A stretch of DNA of 64,000 bases from Eledone cirrhosa (lineage: Eukaryota), in NCBI GenBank assembly GCA_964016885.1, contig OZ024756.1, positions 31,682,001 to 31,746,000 of the forward strand. Reading direction: 5' to 3'. The notes beneath the pieces were generated by a model. That model did not search any database and had not been told where the DNA came from. It saw only the letters and a list, made by a program, of their open reading frames with translations. A program made the position numbers and the translations under genes. Of the stretch, positions 1 through 12,076 are shown one piece after another (position 1 is the stretch's first letter; each line of letters starts with the position of its first letter).

Positions 1-106
1 ATTTAAAGATATACTAATTTCTTATTGTCCATTTCTGAATAAAATATTTGAGCAAGATAAATTTCTTATCAATACAACACATTCTCACTGTTTTATTTTA
101 TTTCAG

Positions 107-152
107 TTATATGTCTTCTCGTTTAAATGCAGAGACTGGCGCAATACTGCAG
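107..152 (+). other. Candidate 46-nt spliceosomal exon
   Basis: Preceded by CTCAC branch-like motif and TTTTATTTTATTTCAG acceptor; followed by CAG|GTAAAT donor. No recognisable protein. Confidence 0.3.
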
Positions 153-331
153 GTAAATTGTTGCAAATCTACTTCAACATTTTTTCTCTTGGTAAATGCT
201 ATGGCTGTGTGTGAATATCTGTGTTATTGCTATTATTGTTCTCGTTTTTATTGTTGTTCTTCTTATTACAGAGCGAGTTTCCATCACCCAATATAATATA
301 TTTCGGAAAAGAAAAAAGTGTTTTTTCCCAT

Positions 332-378
<47 letters not shown>

Positions 379-611
379 ACACCTGGTTTGAAAACAAGCT
401 CGTTTATATTTGTTTTCATTTTGTTTTGAGTTCGTAAACACGTATATTTTAGGGGATGGGTGAGGGCGTGTATAGGGGGCGGTGTTAGTTGATTAAATAC
501 TTGATAACAGGAAAAGTTAATTTCGTCTGAATTTGAACTCTGAACGTTAATAGGAGACGTAACTAAATACACGAAATGAACTTTTTATGACATTCTATCG
601 ATTCTGCCAAG

Positions 612-983
612 CGATGATGGTGGTGATGATGATGATGATGTGATGGTGACGATGATGATGATGATGGTGATGGTGGTGATGATGATGATGATGATGATGG
701 TGATGGTGATGATGATGATGATGTGACGGTGACGATGATGATGATGATGGTGGTGATGATGGTGATGATGATGATGACGGTGACGATGATGATGATGGTG
801 ATGGTGATGATGATGATGATGATGTGACGGTGACGATGATGATGATGGTGATGGTGGTGATGATGATGATGGTAACGGTGACGATGATGATGATGATGGT
901 GATGGTGATGGTGATGGTGATAGTGATGGTGATGATGATGATGATGATGATGATGGTGACGGTGACGATGATGATGATGATGG

Positions 984-1015
<32 letters not shown>

Positions 1016-1085
1016 GTGATGGTGATGATGATGATGATGATGATGGTGATGATGATGGTGATGGTGATGATGACGATGATGATGA
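612..1085. repeat. (GAT/GGT)n trinucleotide microsatellite
   Basis: Directly visible; explains the poly-His/poly-Met ORFs. Confidence 0.95.
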
Positions 1086-1139
1086 AAAAAACGAAAAAAA
1101 AACAGACTAATAAACAACAAAAAAAGAATATAAAAGATA

Positions 1140-1820
1140 AAAATACAAAAATACAACAAAAACAAAACATAATACAGTGTTAATCCTCAAAAGTCCAGGA
1201 ACGCAGCAACTCCAATGAAAACGATGACAAAAACCACCGACTGCTATAACAACGTCGACGACAACGACAACTACAATGAAAACAACGACAACAACGACAA
1301 TGAAAGCGATGACAACGACAACTACAATGAAAACAACGACAACGACAACGACAATGAAAGCGATGACAACGACAATGAAAACAACGACAACGACAATGAA
1401 AGCGATGACAACAACAACTACAATGAAAACAACGACAACGACAACGACAACGACAATGAAAGCGATGACAACAACAACGACAATGAAAACAACGACAACA
1501 ACAACGACAATGAAAGCGATGACAACGACAACGACAATGAAAACGATGACAAAAACCACCGACTACTATAACAACAACGATGACAACAACGACCAGGAAG
1601 AAAACGAAAATTACCAGGACTGTGATAAAGATGATGATGATGATGATGATGATGAAAAAAAAAAGAAAAAAAAAGAAGAAAAGAACACGTAAAAACAAAA
1701 TAAAAAAGAATATATAAAGAATATATAAAAGAATATATAAAGAATATATAAAAAATACAACAAAAACAGAACATAATACTGTGTTAATCCTCTAAAGTCC
1801 AGGAACGCTACAACTCCAAT
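1140..1820. repeat. Composite (AAC/GAC)-rich minisatellite with a duplicated ~75-bp unique block
   Basis: AAAATACAACAAAAACA.AACATAATAC.GTGTTAATCCTC.AAAGTCCAGGAACGC..CAACTCCAAT occurs at ~1148-1217 and ~1752-1820; internal units AATGAAAACAACGAC.../AATGAAAGCGATGAC... alternate. Confidence 0.85.
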
Positions 1821-1920
1821 TTCATGGATGGTTTCCAATATGTCTGCGATCTACGATGGGTTCCACAAGCAATTCTTCCGATTGTTGCCAAAAATTCAAT
1901 AACTTACACCTTCTAGGACA

Positions 1921-2154
1921 TTGTTGCTATTGTTGTTGTTGTTGTTGTGGTGGTGCTGGTGGTGGTTGCGGTTGTTGCGGTTGTTGTTGCTGTTGTTGAT
2001 GCTGCTGTTGTTGTTGTGGTTGTTGTTGTTGTTGTTGCGGTGGTGGTTGCGGTTGTTGCGGTTGTTGATGCTGTTGTGGTTGTTGTTGCTGTTGTTGTTG
2101 TTGTTATTGTTGATGTTGTTGTTGTTGTTGTGGTAGTGGTGGTGGTGGTGCTGG

Positions 2155-2188
<34 letters not shown>

Positions 2189-2209
2189 GGTAGTGGTGGT
2201 GGTGCTGGT

Positions 2210-2251
<42 letters not shown>

Positions 2252-2475
2252 GATGGTGGCGGTTGTTGTTGTTGCTGTTGTTGTTGTTATTGTTGTTGTT
2301 GTTCCTGTTGTCGTTATTGTCGTATGTGTTGCTGTGGGGGAAGTTGTTGTTATTTGTATTGCTTTTGTTCTGGTTGTTCTTGTTGTTGTTGCTGTCGTCA
2401 TTATTGTCGTCGTCGTTGTTGTAGGTGTTACTATTATTACTGTTGTTGTGGTTGTTGGTGTTGTTGTCTATTGGT
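1921..2475. repeat. (GTT/GGT)n microsatellite
   Basis: Directly visible. Confidence 0.95.
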
Positions 2476-2805
2476 GATTGCCCTCCCCCTCCTCCTCCTC
2501 CTCCCCCTCCCCTCCTCCCCTCCTCCCCTCCCCTACCCCCATTATTTCTCTCTTAGCCTCTCAACTTAAAAGAAGGTTTGATTTACAAAACGCTAACAAC
2601 AAGGAAATTGATTTTGTGCCAAAAAATTTAACGAAACACTTTCTCTAACTGCATTCTTCTAATATATATATATACATACATACATATATATATATATATA
2701 TCATATATATATATAGAAAGATATATATGTATGTACATATGATGTGTGTATATATATATATTATATATATATATATATTATATATATATGTATATTATAT
2801 ATATT

Positions 2806-2862
<57 letters not shown>

Positions 2863-2887
2863 TTATATAAATATATATATGTATATT

Positions 2888-2941
<54 letters not shown>

Positions 2942-3035
2942 TACATATATATATAGATATATATGTATAGATCTATATATATACATACATATATATGTAT
3001 GTATATATATGTATATATATATATACACCTCCACA

Positions 3036-3071
<36 letters not shown>

Positions 3072-3185
3072 GTCAAAGATTATAAGAGTAAAAGTGTATA
3101 AGAGTAAAGGGCATCTTAGAACTTAAATAGAATCTTATTTAATCTTAACGCCGTGTCCTTCCATATCAAACTGTGTGTGTGTGTG

Positions 3186-3216
<31 letters not shown>

Positions 3217-3434
3217 ATATATATATGTGAGTTCGTGTGTGTGTATATATATATATGCAAGCATACACACATACATACAAACACATACATACATACATAT
3301 ATATACATATATACATACACACATATAATGCAAGAGTGTGTGCTATGCTATTCTAATGGATGGTGATTGTGTAGAGTATTTTGTGTGTTAAATTGTTTCA
3401 CGCTGAAAACATAGAGTATTGTGTTATGTTTATA

Positions 3435-3503
<69 letters not shown>

Positions 3504-3506
<3 letters not shown>

Positions 3507-3655
3507 GGCTTGTACAGGACAAAAACTGTTTCATTCGGGAGAAAACATAATGAAACAGCTCTAGTCCTGTAGAAGCCATTTCTATATTAAATATTTATAC
3601 TTTGCTATGTATTGAGTACCTTACTTAACTGTGGTTACCCCCGATTTAATCCGGG

Positions 3656-3660
<5 letters not shown>
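3504..3660 (+). mobile_element. PLE-like terminal fragment, family 1: fold-back hairpin of a hammerhead 3' half plus conserved tail
   Basis: Inverted arms 3504-3535/3549-3580 contain GAAACAG-CTCTAGTC-CTGTA; tail TATGTATTGAGTACCTTAC...GTGGTTACC..CCGA matches the reverse complement of 62657-62770 and 35920-36031; flanked by (TA)n and (CA)n. Confidence 0.7.
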
Positions 3661-3733
<73 letters not shown>

Positions 3734-3735
<2 letters not shown>

Positions 3736-3927
3736 ACGAAGGAAATGTGGTAAGGAACCAGGTGGACCATAACGCACCAAAGTATTCAATACTTAGGGTA
3801 GTAGAGTGGGTAATAGGAACGAGTAGGACCACGACGGCTGAGCTCAAGCCGTTTCGACGGATTCTTAGTCCAGAATTAGCCGTCGAAACGGCTTGAGCTC
3901 AGCTGTCGGGGTCCTACTCGTTCCTAT
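3734..3927 (-). mobile_element. PLE-like terminal fragment, family 2: 48-bp-arm fold-back hairpin plus tail
   Basis: Arms 3813-3860/3880-3927 (2 mismatches) contain GAAACGGC-TTGAGCTCA-GCCGTC (hammerhead GAAA/stem III/GUC); related copies at 25460-25586 and 54263-54299; flanked by (TA)n. Confidence 0.65.
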
Positions 3928-4101
3928 ATATATATATAATATGTTCTTCCTTTGCATATATGAAAGTTCTCCGACCATTTGTTTGCAGTTTGCATCTCTG
4001 TGATTAATCTGTACACGACATGTAAAAGTACCTGAAATCCAACCACAGCCGGCAATTGGCACATATTCTTTATTGATTGACCATACTTAAATATGGAATG
4101 A

Positions 4102-4183
4102 TACGCGATGGGGCCCCCCACAGCCCCGGCGGACAGGATGGAGAAGGCGTTTCCCCGGAGGACGGCAAGGGAGACGCACTGTA
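4102..4183 (-). mobile_element. 3'-terminal fragment of CRE-like (RLE) non-LTR retrotransposon
   Basis: Translates QCVSLAVLRGNAFSILSAG; near-identical to 49774-49852. Confidence 0.6.
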
Positions 4184-4368
4184 GCAATTTTCCTGAATCT
4201 ACTTTCTTTATTCCCTCGTAAGTTCTTTACCTCATACTTTCATAATTGTTCGAAGAAAGACTATGTCAGAAACGTTACCCAAAATTGTTTTCATTGTGCC
4301 AAGCAAGTAACTTAAATTTCATCCTATCCTGCTCAGATGCTCTGTTCTTATTATTTTTTATATATAAG

Positions 4369-4558
4369 GGCGGTGGATTGGCAGTATCGGTAGAGGGTCG
4401 AACGCCATGCTTTGACGCATTGAGTTACGGCCCTTGCCCTTCTGAGTTCAAATCCTGCCGAGGTTGACTTTGCCTTTCATCCTTACGGGGTCGATAAAAT
4501 AAAGTACCAGTAATGCATTGGGTAATTGCTGGCCTTGTGCCTAAAGTAGAAACAATTA

Positions 4559-4562
<4 letters not shown>
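4369..4562 (+). mobile_element. tRNA-derived SINE (~190 bp, window's dominant family)
   Basis: A-box-like TGGCAGTATCGG, B-box GAGTTCAAATCC, central ACTTTGCCTTTCATCCTTACGGGGTCGATAAAATAAAGTACCAG, (ATT)n tail; more than 12 copies in the window. Confidence 0.9.
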
Positions 4563-4599
<37 letters not shown>

Positions 4600-4714
4600 C
4601 TTTTGATAAGGTTAGCGTGTGTTCTGTTACTCTACAGTTTCGCAGTATGTTGACACACAAACACAAACATACACACACATACATATATATATATACATAC
4701 ACATATATATGTAT

Positions 4715-4760
<46 letters not shown>

Positions 4761-4826
4761 GTATACATATATATGTATATATACATATATATGTATACAT
4801 ATACAAATTTGCATATGTACATCATG

Positions 4827-4859
4827 TCTATATATCTATCTACCTATCTATCTACCTAC

Positions 4860-4942
<83 letters not shown>

Positions 4943-4954
4943 CCTATCTATCTA
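4827..4954. repeat. (TATC)n tract, 5' flank of Tx1-like copy
   Basis: Directly visible. Confidence 0.95.
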
Positions 4955-5533
4955 TATGTAGAACGACTATTGTCGCGGGTGGGACCAATCCGGTTGACCA
5001 CCGAGTCCATTGTCATGATCAAACCGCCACCCTCCTTCAAAAACGAAGGAGAGGCGGTTTTCCTTTGTGTGATAGCTATGGCGAAAGAGGTTGTATGGTG
5101 GACAAGGTTGAAAGGGCTGAGGTCAGACACCTTTCTCTCCGGCCAACAACTGATTCTTTTTTTCAAATACCACTTTGGAAGAAGAATCAGGATGGAGAGA
5201 GAGGTGCTGCACCCCAGCAAGTTTTATGAAAGGTGGGTGAAAGTGGCGAGAATGGCCCGAGTGAATGGGCCTTCTCTCTATATCAGCCTGTAGGTTGAGG
5301 AAAAGGAGGAGGAGTGGAAAGGAGTACAAACTCTTCGTACTCCTGGAGATGAGGGTTGCACATTTTTTCGGGGGTATGTGTTACCCATATGAACTGTCTC
5401 CCCCTGTTGGGCAAAATCGACTAATTTTTTAAATTGCCTTTGTGATAACATTTTACACGTTTTTATTGTATGTAAACTTCCCCCTTTGTATTTGTCCCCT
5501 TCTTTTGTGCCCCTGTGGCTAATAAAGAAACAT
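4955..5533 (+). mobile_element. 5'-truncated Tx1-like retrotransposon (subfamily B)
   Basis: Encodes YVERLLSRVGPIRLTTESIVMIKPP...NGPSLYISL* (stop 5291-5293), near-identical to the ORF2 C-terminus at 15176-15514; 3'UTR ends AATAAAGAAACA|TATCTGTCTA. Confidence 0.95.
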
Positions 5534-5635
5534 ATCTGTCTATTTATATAAGACACAATGTGTTGGTAAATTTGCATTTTTTCTTTCAAAAAAAAAAAAA
5601 AGAGAATGTCTGACTTTTCTTTTTGTTCCCCTCAG

Positions 5636-5771
5636 TTGCTGTTCTCTAACACTAAAGTTCACTAATGGAACTAATTAACCATATCTACATCTCCCGAAGA
5701 CACGGCGTCGCTTCTCAGTTTTTCGGATATTATTCCAAAATGCAATTAGCAGCCTGTCCGTCATTGTGTCA
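5636..5771 (+). other. Candidate 136-nt exon (possible first coding exon, ATG at 5665)
   Basis: CTGAC branch motif, TTTTCTTTTTGTTCCCCTCAG acceptor, GTAAGT donor at 5772; frame from ATG 5665 ([35 protein letters not shown]) stays open to the donor. Confidence 0.4.
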
Positions 5772-5830
5772 GTAAGTAGAATATTATGTATGTATATATA
5801 TATATATGTATATATATGTATATATATGTA

Positions 5831-5884
<54 letters not shown>

Positions 5885-5962
5885 TATATATTTATATTAT
5901 ATTATATTATATTATATTATGTTATGTTATATTATATTATATTATATTATATTATATTATAT

Positions 5963-6033
<71 letters not shown>

Positions 6034-6375
6034 TACATATATTTACGCACATACAGACATATATATATACGCACATACAGACATATGCATATGTATGTAT
6101 TTATATATACAGATATGTATATATATATAAGCACACACATATATATACACATACATACATATATAAATATATAAATATATATGCATATACATCCCCATTT
6201 ATGTATATACATTTGTTTATGTATTAAATTCACACGCACATATGTATATGTGTACTCATTAATATATACTTTCTCAAACATACACACACATGAATATATA
6301 TAATATATGTGAATGTGAAATTTGTTTTGCGCATGTAAGTTTGTATTTTGGGTTTAATAAATCACGTTTCTGCGC

Positions 6376-6548
<173 letters not shown>

Positions 6549-6559
6549 CACCAACAATG

Positions 6560-6625
<66 letters not shown>

Positions 6626-7060
6626 TGTATACGTGTGTATATATATTCATGTGTATATAAATATAAACCCGCAGATACTCTCACGCATGCGTCGTAAATC
6701 TTAAAACGCTAGCCTATACGTTTTTGTCACGTTACTACTTGTAGATACGTATGTGTCTTTTGCCTGTGCATCAATTTTTGGGTACATATGTGTGGGTTGA
6801 TTTCCTTTTCTTTTATTTCAAGACAGAATGATCAGTCTTTTTAATATGAATTTGGAGACAAACAATCGAATCTTAATACGTTTCCGGAATTTGCGATCTT
6901 ACGCATCAAAGTATATTTTAACATTTCCTGCCCGGTATCCTAGCAAATACCATAGATATTGTTTTCATAGGTGGTCACTCTCTAACTTCTGAGTACAATC
7001 CAGTCACACATACAGACAACCCCTGTTGACGCGTGCGCGCGCACACACACACACACACAT

Positions 7061-7093
<33 letters not shown>

Positions 7094-7251
7094 TATATAT
7101 GTATATAATTTATTTATTTAATTAACATGTATATATATAAATATAAATAAATATATATATAGATATATAAATATATAGATATATATATATTTATAGACAC
7201 ACACACATATATATATATATATATAAATATATAGATATAGATATATTTATA

Positions 7252-7289
<38 letters not shown>

Positions 7290-7362
7290 TATAGATATAG
7301 ATACATATATATATATATATATAAATATATATATATAGATATATTTATAGACATATATATAT

Positions 7363-7394
<32 letters not shown>

Positions 7395-7399
7395 TTATA

Positions 7400-7476
<77 letters not shown>

Positions 7477-8787
7477 TTATAGACATAGATAAATAGATAT
7501 GTAAATATATATCTTTATATAAATATATATAAAATATATGAATATATAGAAACTATTAACAGGCAATGGAACGAGAGAATCTCGGTCAGTCTATGATATT
7601 TATATATTTTCATTTTAAACTTCAATAGTCACACCTCACGGATCACACTGCCCGTATTTCAGAGTTATCGTTTTTGTTTATCGTGCTCTTGTTGTTACTC
7701 TTGTTGTTTATTAATCCGAGGTCAGCCTTCATTGATCAGACCTATGATCAAAAGATATCCAGCTGTAATCATCATGTTTTATTTTTTTTGCTTCTAATTT
7801 CAATTTCAAGAAGCCGTTTGTTTTTTTTTTTAGATATTTTTTTTTATCAGCAACTTATTTAGATTGTCTATATATTATAATTTTACTTCAAAGAATAATT
7901 TTATTTCTAATAAATAATAAAGGGGGGTGTTGAGAAAGCCGGTACAATGCGGACAGAAATATAAAAATAGAAATGGTGTAAAAAAAGCTGACAAAATTAA
8001 ACAAAATAAAGCTTTTACCCTCTTTATTTTATTATATTTCGAGGTAAAAACCTTCTTTTCAAATGATGAACGCAGAAAAACTAAGTCTTCTGTCCTCATG
8101 AAATTCTTTTCCTGTGTTGTGTGTGACTGATTGTAGAAATATAACATTGACAGACCGGTTTTAACAGTTAGTCTACTCCATGTAGCTCTGATTTTATTAT
8201 TGATGCTCGGATTTATACCACTTTTATTTCCAGCTATATAACATCTTCTAGTTTTGTTGGTGGAGCTTTCTGCGATTGTTGTGATTGGTGTTGGTGTTCT
8301 TGTTGTTACCGCCTTCTCTATCACCATACGATGTATTCTGTTAATTTTATATAAATTTTGGCTTATACAAAGAAGAAAGAGCATCACTCATGGCTATTTT
8401 TTCAGAGCCTTTGGGACTAGTGGCGGCGTATTGTGACTAGTGGTGGTGTGTGCTTTCGGAGGTGAGGTGATATTGTGGGGTGAAAAAGTGGAAAAAAAAT
8501 CTCTCTCACGATTTATGGGTTATAATTAAATCTAAAACGCGTTGGGAATGTTTATAACAAGGAAGAATCCTCTGAAAGATACCAAATTTTCAAGTGGTGG
8601 TATTGTTAAAGCAGAGTAGAGAAATGGTCCTCGGTCAGTTTCGACGATGTGTGCTTCTATTTTTCGATAAAGAAATGAGTCGGCTCGTGAAATGTGGCAA
8701 CTGAGATATTTATGAAAGTATTTGAAGCAATATATGAGTTCATATGAAATGACTATAAGGACCAGACAAACATAAAGAAATTGATGT

Positions 8788-8900
<113 letters not shown>

Positions 8901-9003
8901 ACTGCTGTGTGGGTATGTATGTGTGCGCGCGTGTTTTGTTCCTTCATACAAAATCTTTACGCTCGGCTTAACCCAGCAATACAATACAATATCTCTCTCT
9001 CCA

Positions 9004-9065
<62 letters not shown>

Positions 9066-9084
9066 ATATATATACATATATATA

Positions 9085-9138
<54 letters not shown>

Positions 9139-9362
9139 ATATATATTATATATATATGTAATATATATACATATATATATATATATTTATATATATATAT
9201 ATATGTAAATATGTATTTATTTGATTATTGCACTAACTATTGTGTCATTTAGGTACGTACTTCTCAGTATAATAAATATATACACCACAACGTTTTCTAC
9301 AGATTTAGTGCACTCTTAACTTTGAATATTCTTTACACTGCCTTACACTATATATATGTACA

Positions 9363-9592
<230 letters not shown>

Positions 9593-10321
9593 TACATATA
9601 TATATATATATATGTCATTGTATGTGTGTATATTCTATATTATTACATGCATGAATACTTCCCTTCCTTTACAACAACTTACATTATTACAATCGATTCG
9701 TCTTCCCTTTATTAATTCGTGTGTGTCTCTGTTGTTCACATTCTTGTTGCTGCTTCTTCTGTCCTTGCTGTTGTTCTTATAGGCGCCATGATTTTTATTG
9801 GTGATATTGTTGCTACTGTCGTTATTCCGTTATTAATGGTTGTCGTTTTGGTTGATATTTCTTACAAAAACACTCGAATCCTTTGCTGTCAACAATGGCC
9901 GTTATTAAAAATTTTTCAAAAATAAATACACAACTATAAACCGGATAACCCTATCTTTGTCTTTCTTTCTCAATTAATATGCAGCGGCTAATTTACCAGC
10001 TATATATATATATATATAAAAATATATATATAAATATATATATATATGTTCATTCTTCTAACTGCTCCCATACACTCTCTTTTTCTTTCCTTTCATTCTT
10101 TCTTTCTACCCATTTTCTTCCTTCTTTCCTTTCTTTCTTTCTTTCTTTCTCTCCCTCCCCCTCCTTCCTTCCGTCTTTCCTACCTTTCTTTCTTTCGTTC
10201 TTTCTTTCTATATATTTTCTTGCTTTTCTTCTTCTTTCCTTTGTATTACTTTCTTAAACATATTTATTCCTTTCATTTTTTCATGTCTCTCCTTTCTTTG
10301 TTAGTATCTTTCCTTCTATCA

Positions 10322-10429
10322 CTCTATCTATCCATCCATCTATCTATCCATCCATCTATCCATCTATCCATCTATCCATCTATCTATCTATCTATCTATC
10401 CATCCATCTATCCATCTATCCATCTATTC

Positions 10430-10510
<81 letters not shown>
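10322..10510. repeat. (TATC/CATC)n tract, 5' flank of the long Tx1-like element
   Basis: Directly visible. Confidence 0.95.
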
Positions 10511-12052
10511 AAGACCAATAACGGTGACAACAACAACAATGATAACAACAACACCACCAACGACAACAACAACACAAACAAACAAAATTTCTCCTTCGCC
10601 GAGACGACAAGGAAAACCCTCGACTATCTGCCAGTAGATATAACAAAAGCGAAGGAGCTACTGGCGGATGCGAAAAAATATATAGTGTACGGGGAAAATG
10701 GTTCATTCACAATCCATTCCCCCCCGGAACTAAAAAGCCAGAGACTCCTAAACACGGTCATGTTTAGGACAATCTCGAACAAAAGTAAAAAACCAGCTCA
10801 ACCATCACAGAGCGAGATAGAGCTGGTTTTAAAAGACGTCATGAAGGACATCACCTTCATTCAGAAGGATAGACTCTACGGGAGTCTATCCATTCTCATG
10901 AAGGACAGGGACACAGCAGTGAAACTGTCCATCAAACCAATCACATCCACCGCATACACCTTCTACCCTACGTACATGGGTAGAAGAACACAAAAAATAA
11001 AAATCCACACCATCCTGCCGATTATGGACATATGGTGGGTTTTGACAGGTTTTCTGGACCTGGAGGATGACATGCTGGTGTCCATGGGAAAGGCATCGGG
11101 TGACGCGTTCAGTGGAACGAGCCTCGAACTTGTAGTTCAAATGAGGCCCGAAAGGATCGCCCAGATCCCTGAACGCGTCATACTGGATGATCTAACCTTC
11201 ATCAACATTACCGTTGAGGGTAGACGGCCCTCGTGTTACCTCTGCGGAACCAGAGGTCACCTGAGGGCTGTCTGTCCCCAACTTAATAAGAAAACCCCAA
11301 TCCTGCCCACACCACCAACAACTGCACAACCAACACAATCACCACAACAACCACTACAAAAACAACCACCACAGCTCAAACCAAAACAAAACAATGTCCA
11401 ACCCATCCCCTCCACTCAAAAAACAAAAACAATTTCCAAAACACCCGTACCGCAAACACAACCCGAAAATATACCCCTCCCCTCCAACGCGGAAGATGAC
11501 CCTAGTTCGTCGTCAGACGAGGAGGAGCACTTCCACACAATCAAAAGAAAAAAAAGAAAACACACCTCAGACACACAAATGAAAAAAACCCCTCCCCAAA
11601 ACATAACACTGACACCAACACAAAAGAGCTCACAACAGCAAACAAAAAACACCACACAAAAACAAAAACATGCATACACATACATAAATACAAGAAACAA
11701 AAAACTGTTAAACATTGTGTACAACAACAATCTAATAAAAACACAAGGGCCTAACTTCACCCAGGCAGGGGATTTCCCCCACCTCAAAATGATTAAGGCC
11801 CCACAGGACACCTATAAAACTTTAAAAAACAATTTTAAAGAGGACGTGGGTCCCCCCTGCGTCGGGCCCATTAACCGAGTCCTCCTAAAAAACTATCCCA
11901 CCCCCTCCCCAAACACCCTCACAACTCCAAGCTCCCCAACCACACAACACACTGATGCCCCCACACTTCCACAAACCACCACCCCACCCAACAACCCATC
12001 CCCCACCCTAATGGAAATTGTGCAGCCCGATACCCGGGACGCAGAGAGGTAA
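10511..12052 (+). CDS. Retrotransposon ORF1 (gag-like nucleic-acid-binding protein), probably lacking its native start
   Basis: Open from the element boundary to TAA 12050-12052; [14 protein letters not shown] = CX2CX4HX4C knuckle (11234-11275); N-terminal SFAE motif; P/T/Q-rich tail with KRKKRK. First in-element ATG at 10760. Confidence 0.85.
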   Translation, partial: KTNNGDNNNNDNNNTTNDNNNTNKQNFSFAETTRKTLDYLPVDITKAKELLADAKKYIVYGENGSFTIHSPPELKSQRLLNTVMFRTISNKSKKPAQPSQSEIELVLKDVMKDITFIQKDRLYGSLSILMKDRDTAVKLSIKPITSTAYTFYPTYMGRRTQKIKIHTILPIMDIWWVLTGFLDLEDDMLVSMGKASGDAFSGTSLELVVQMRPERIAQIPERVILDDLTFINITVEGRRPSCYLCGTRGHLRAVCPQLNKKTPILPTPPTTAQPTQSPQQPLQKQPPQLKPKQNNVQPIPSTQKTKTISKTPVPQTQPENIPLPSNAEDDPSSSSDEEEHFHTIKRKKRKHTSDTQMKKTPPQNITLTPTQKSSQQQTKNTTQKQKHAYTYINTRNKKLLNIVYNNNLIKTQGPNFTQAGDFPHLKMIKAPQDTYKTLKNNFKEDVGPPCVGPINRVLLKNYPTPSPNTLTTPSSPTTQHTDAPTLPQTTTPPNNPSPTLMEIVQPDTRDAER

Positions 12053-12076
12053 GTGCCTTTTCTCTTCACCACCAAC

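Noticed and set aside
7875-8387. 170-aa minus-strand ORF in non-repetitive sequence
   Set aside because: No recognisable domain or splice context; cannot be supported without a search.
10046-10510. N-terminal 155 aa of the 668-aa ORF
   Set aside because: CT-rich and TATC flank that is merely stop-free; the element begins at 10511.
12053-12076. GTG start for ORF2
   Set aside because: ORF-finder artefact; ATG at 12077 has good context and precedes the first EN motif.
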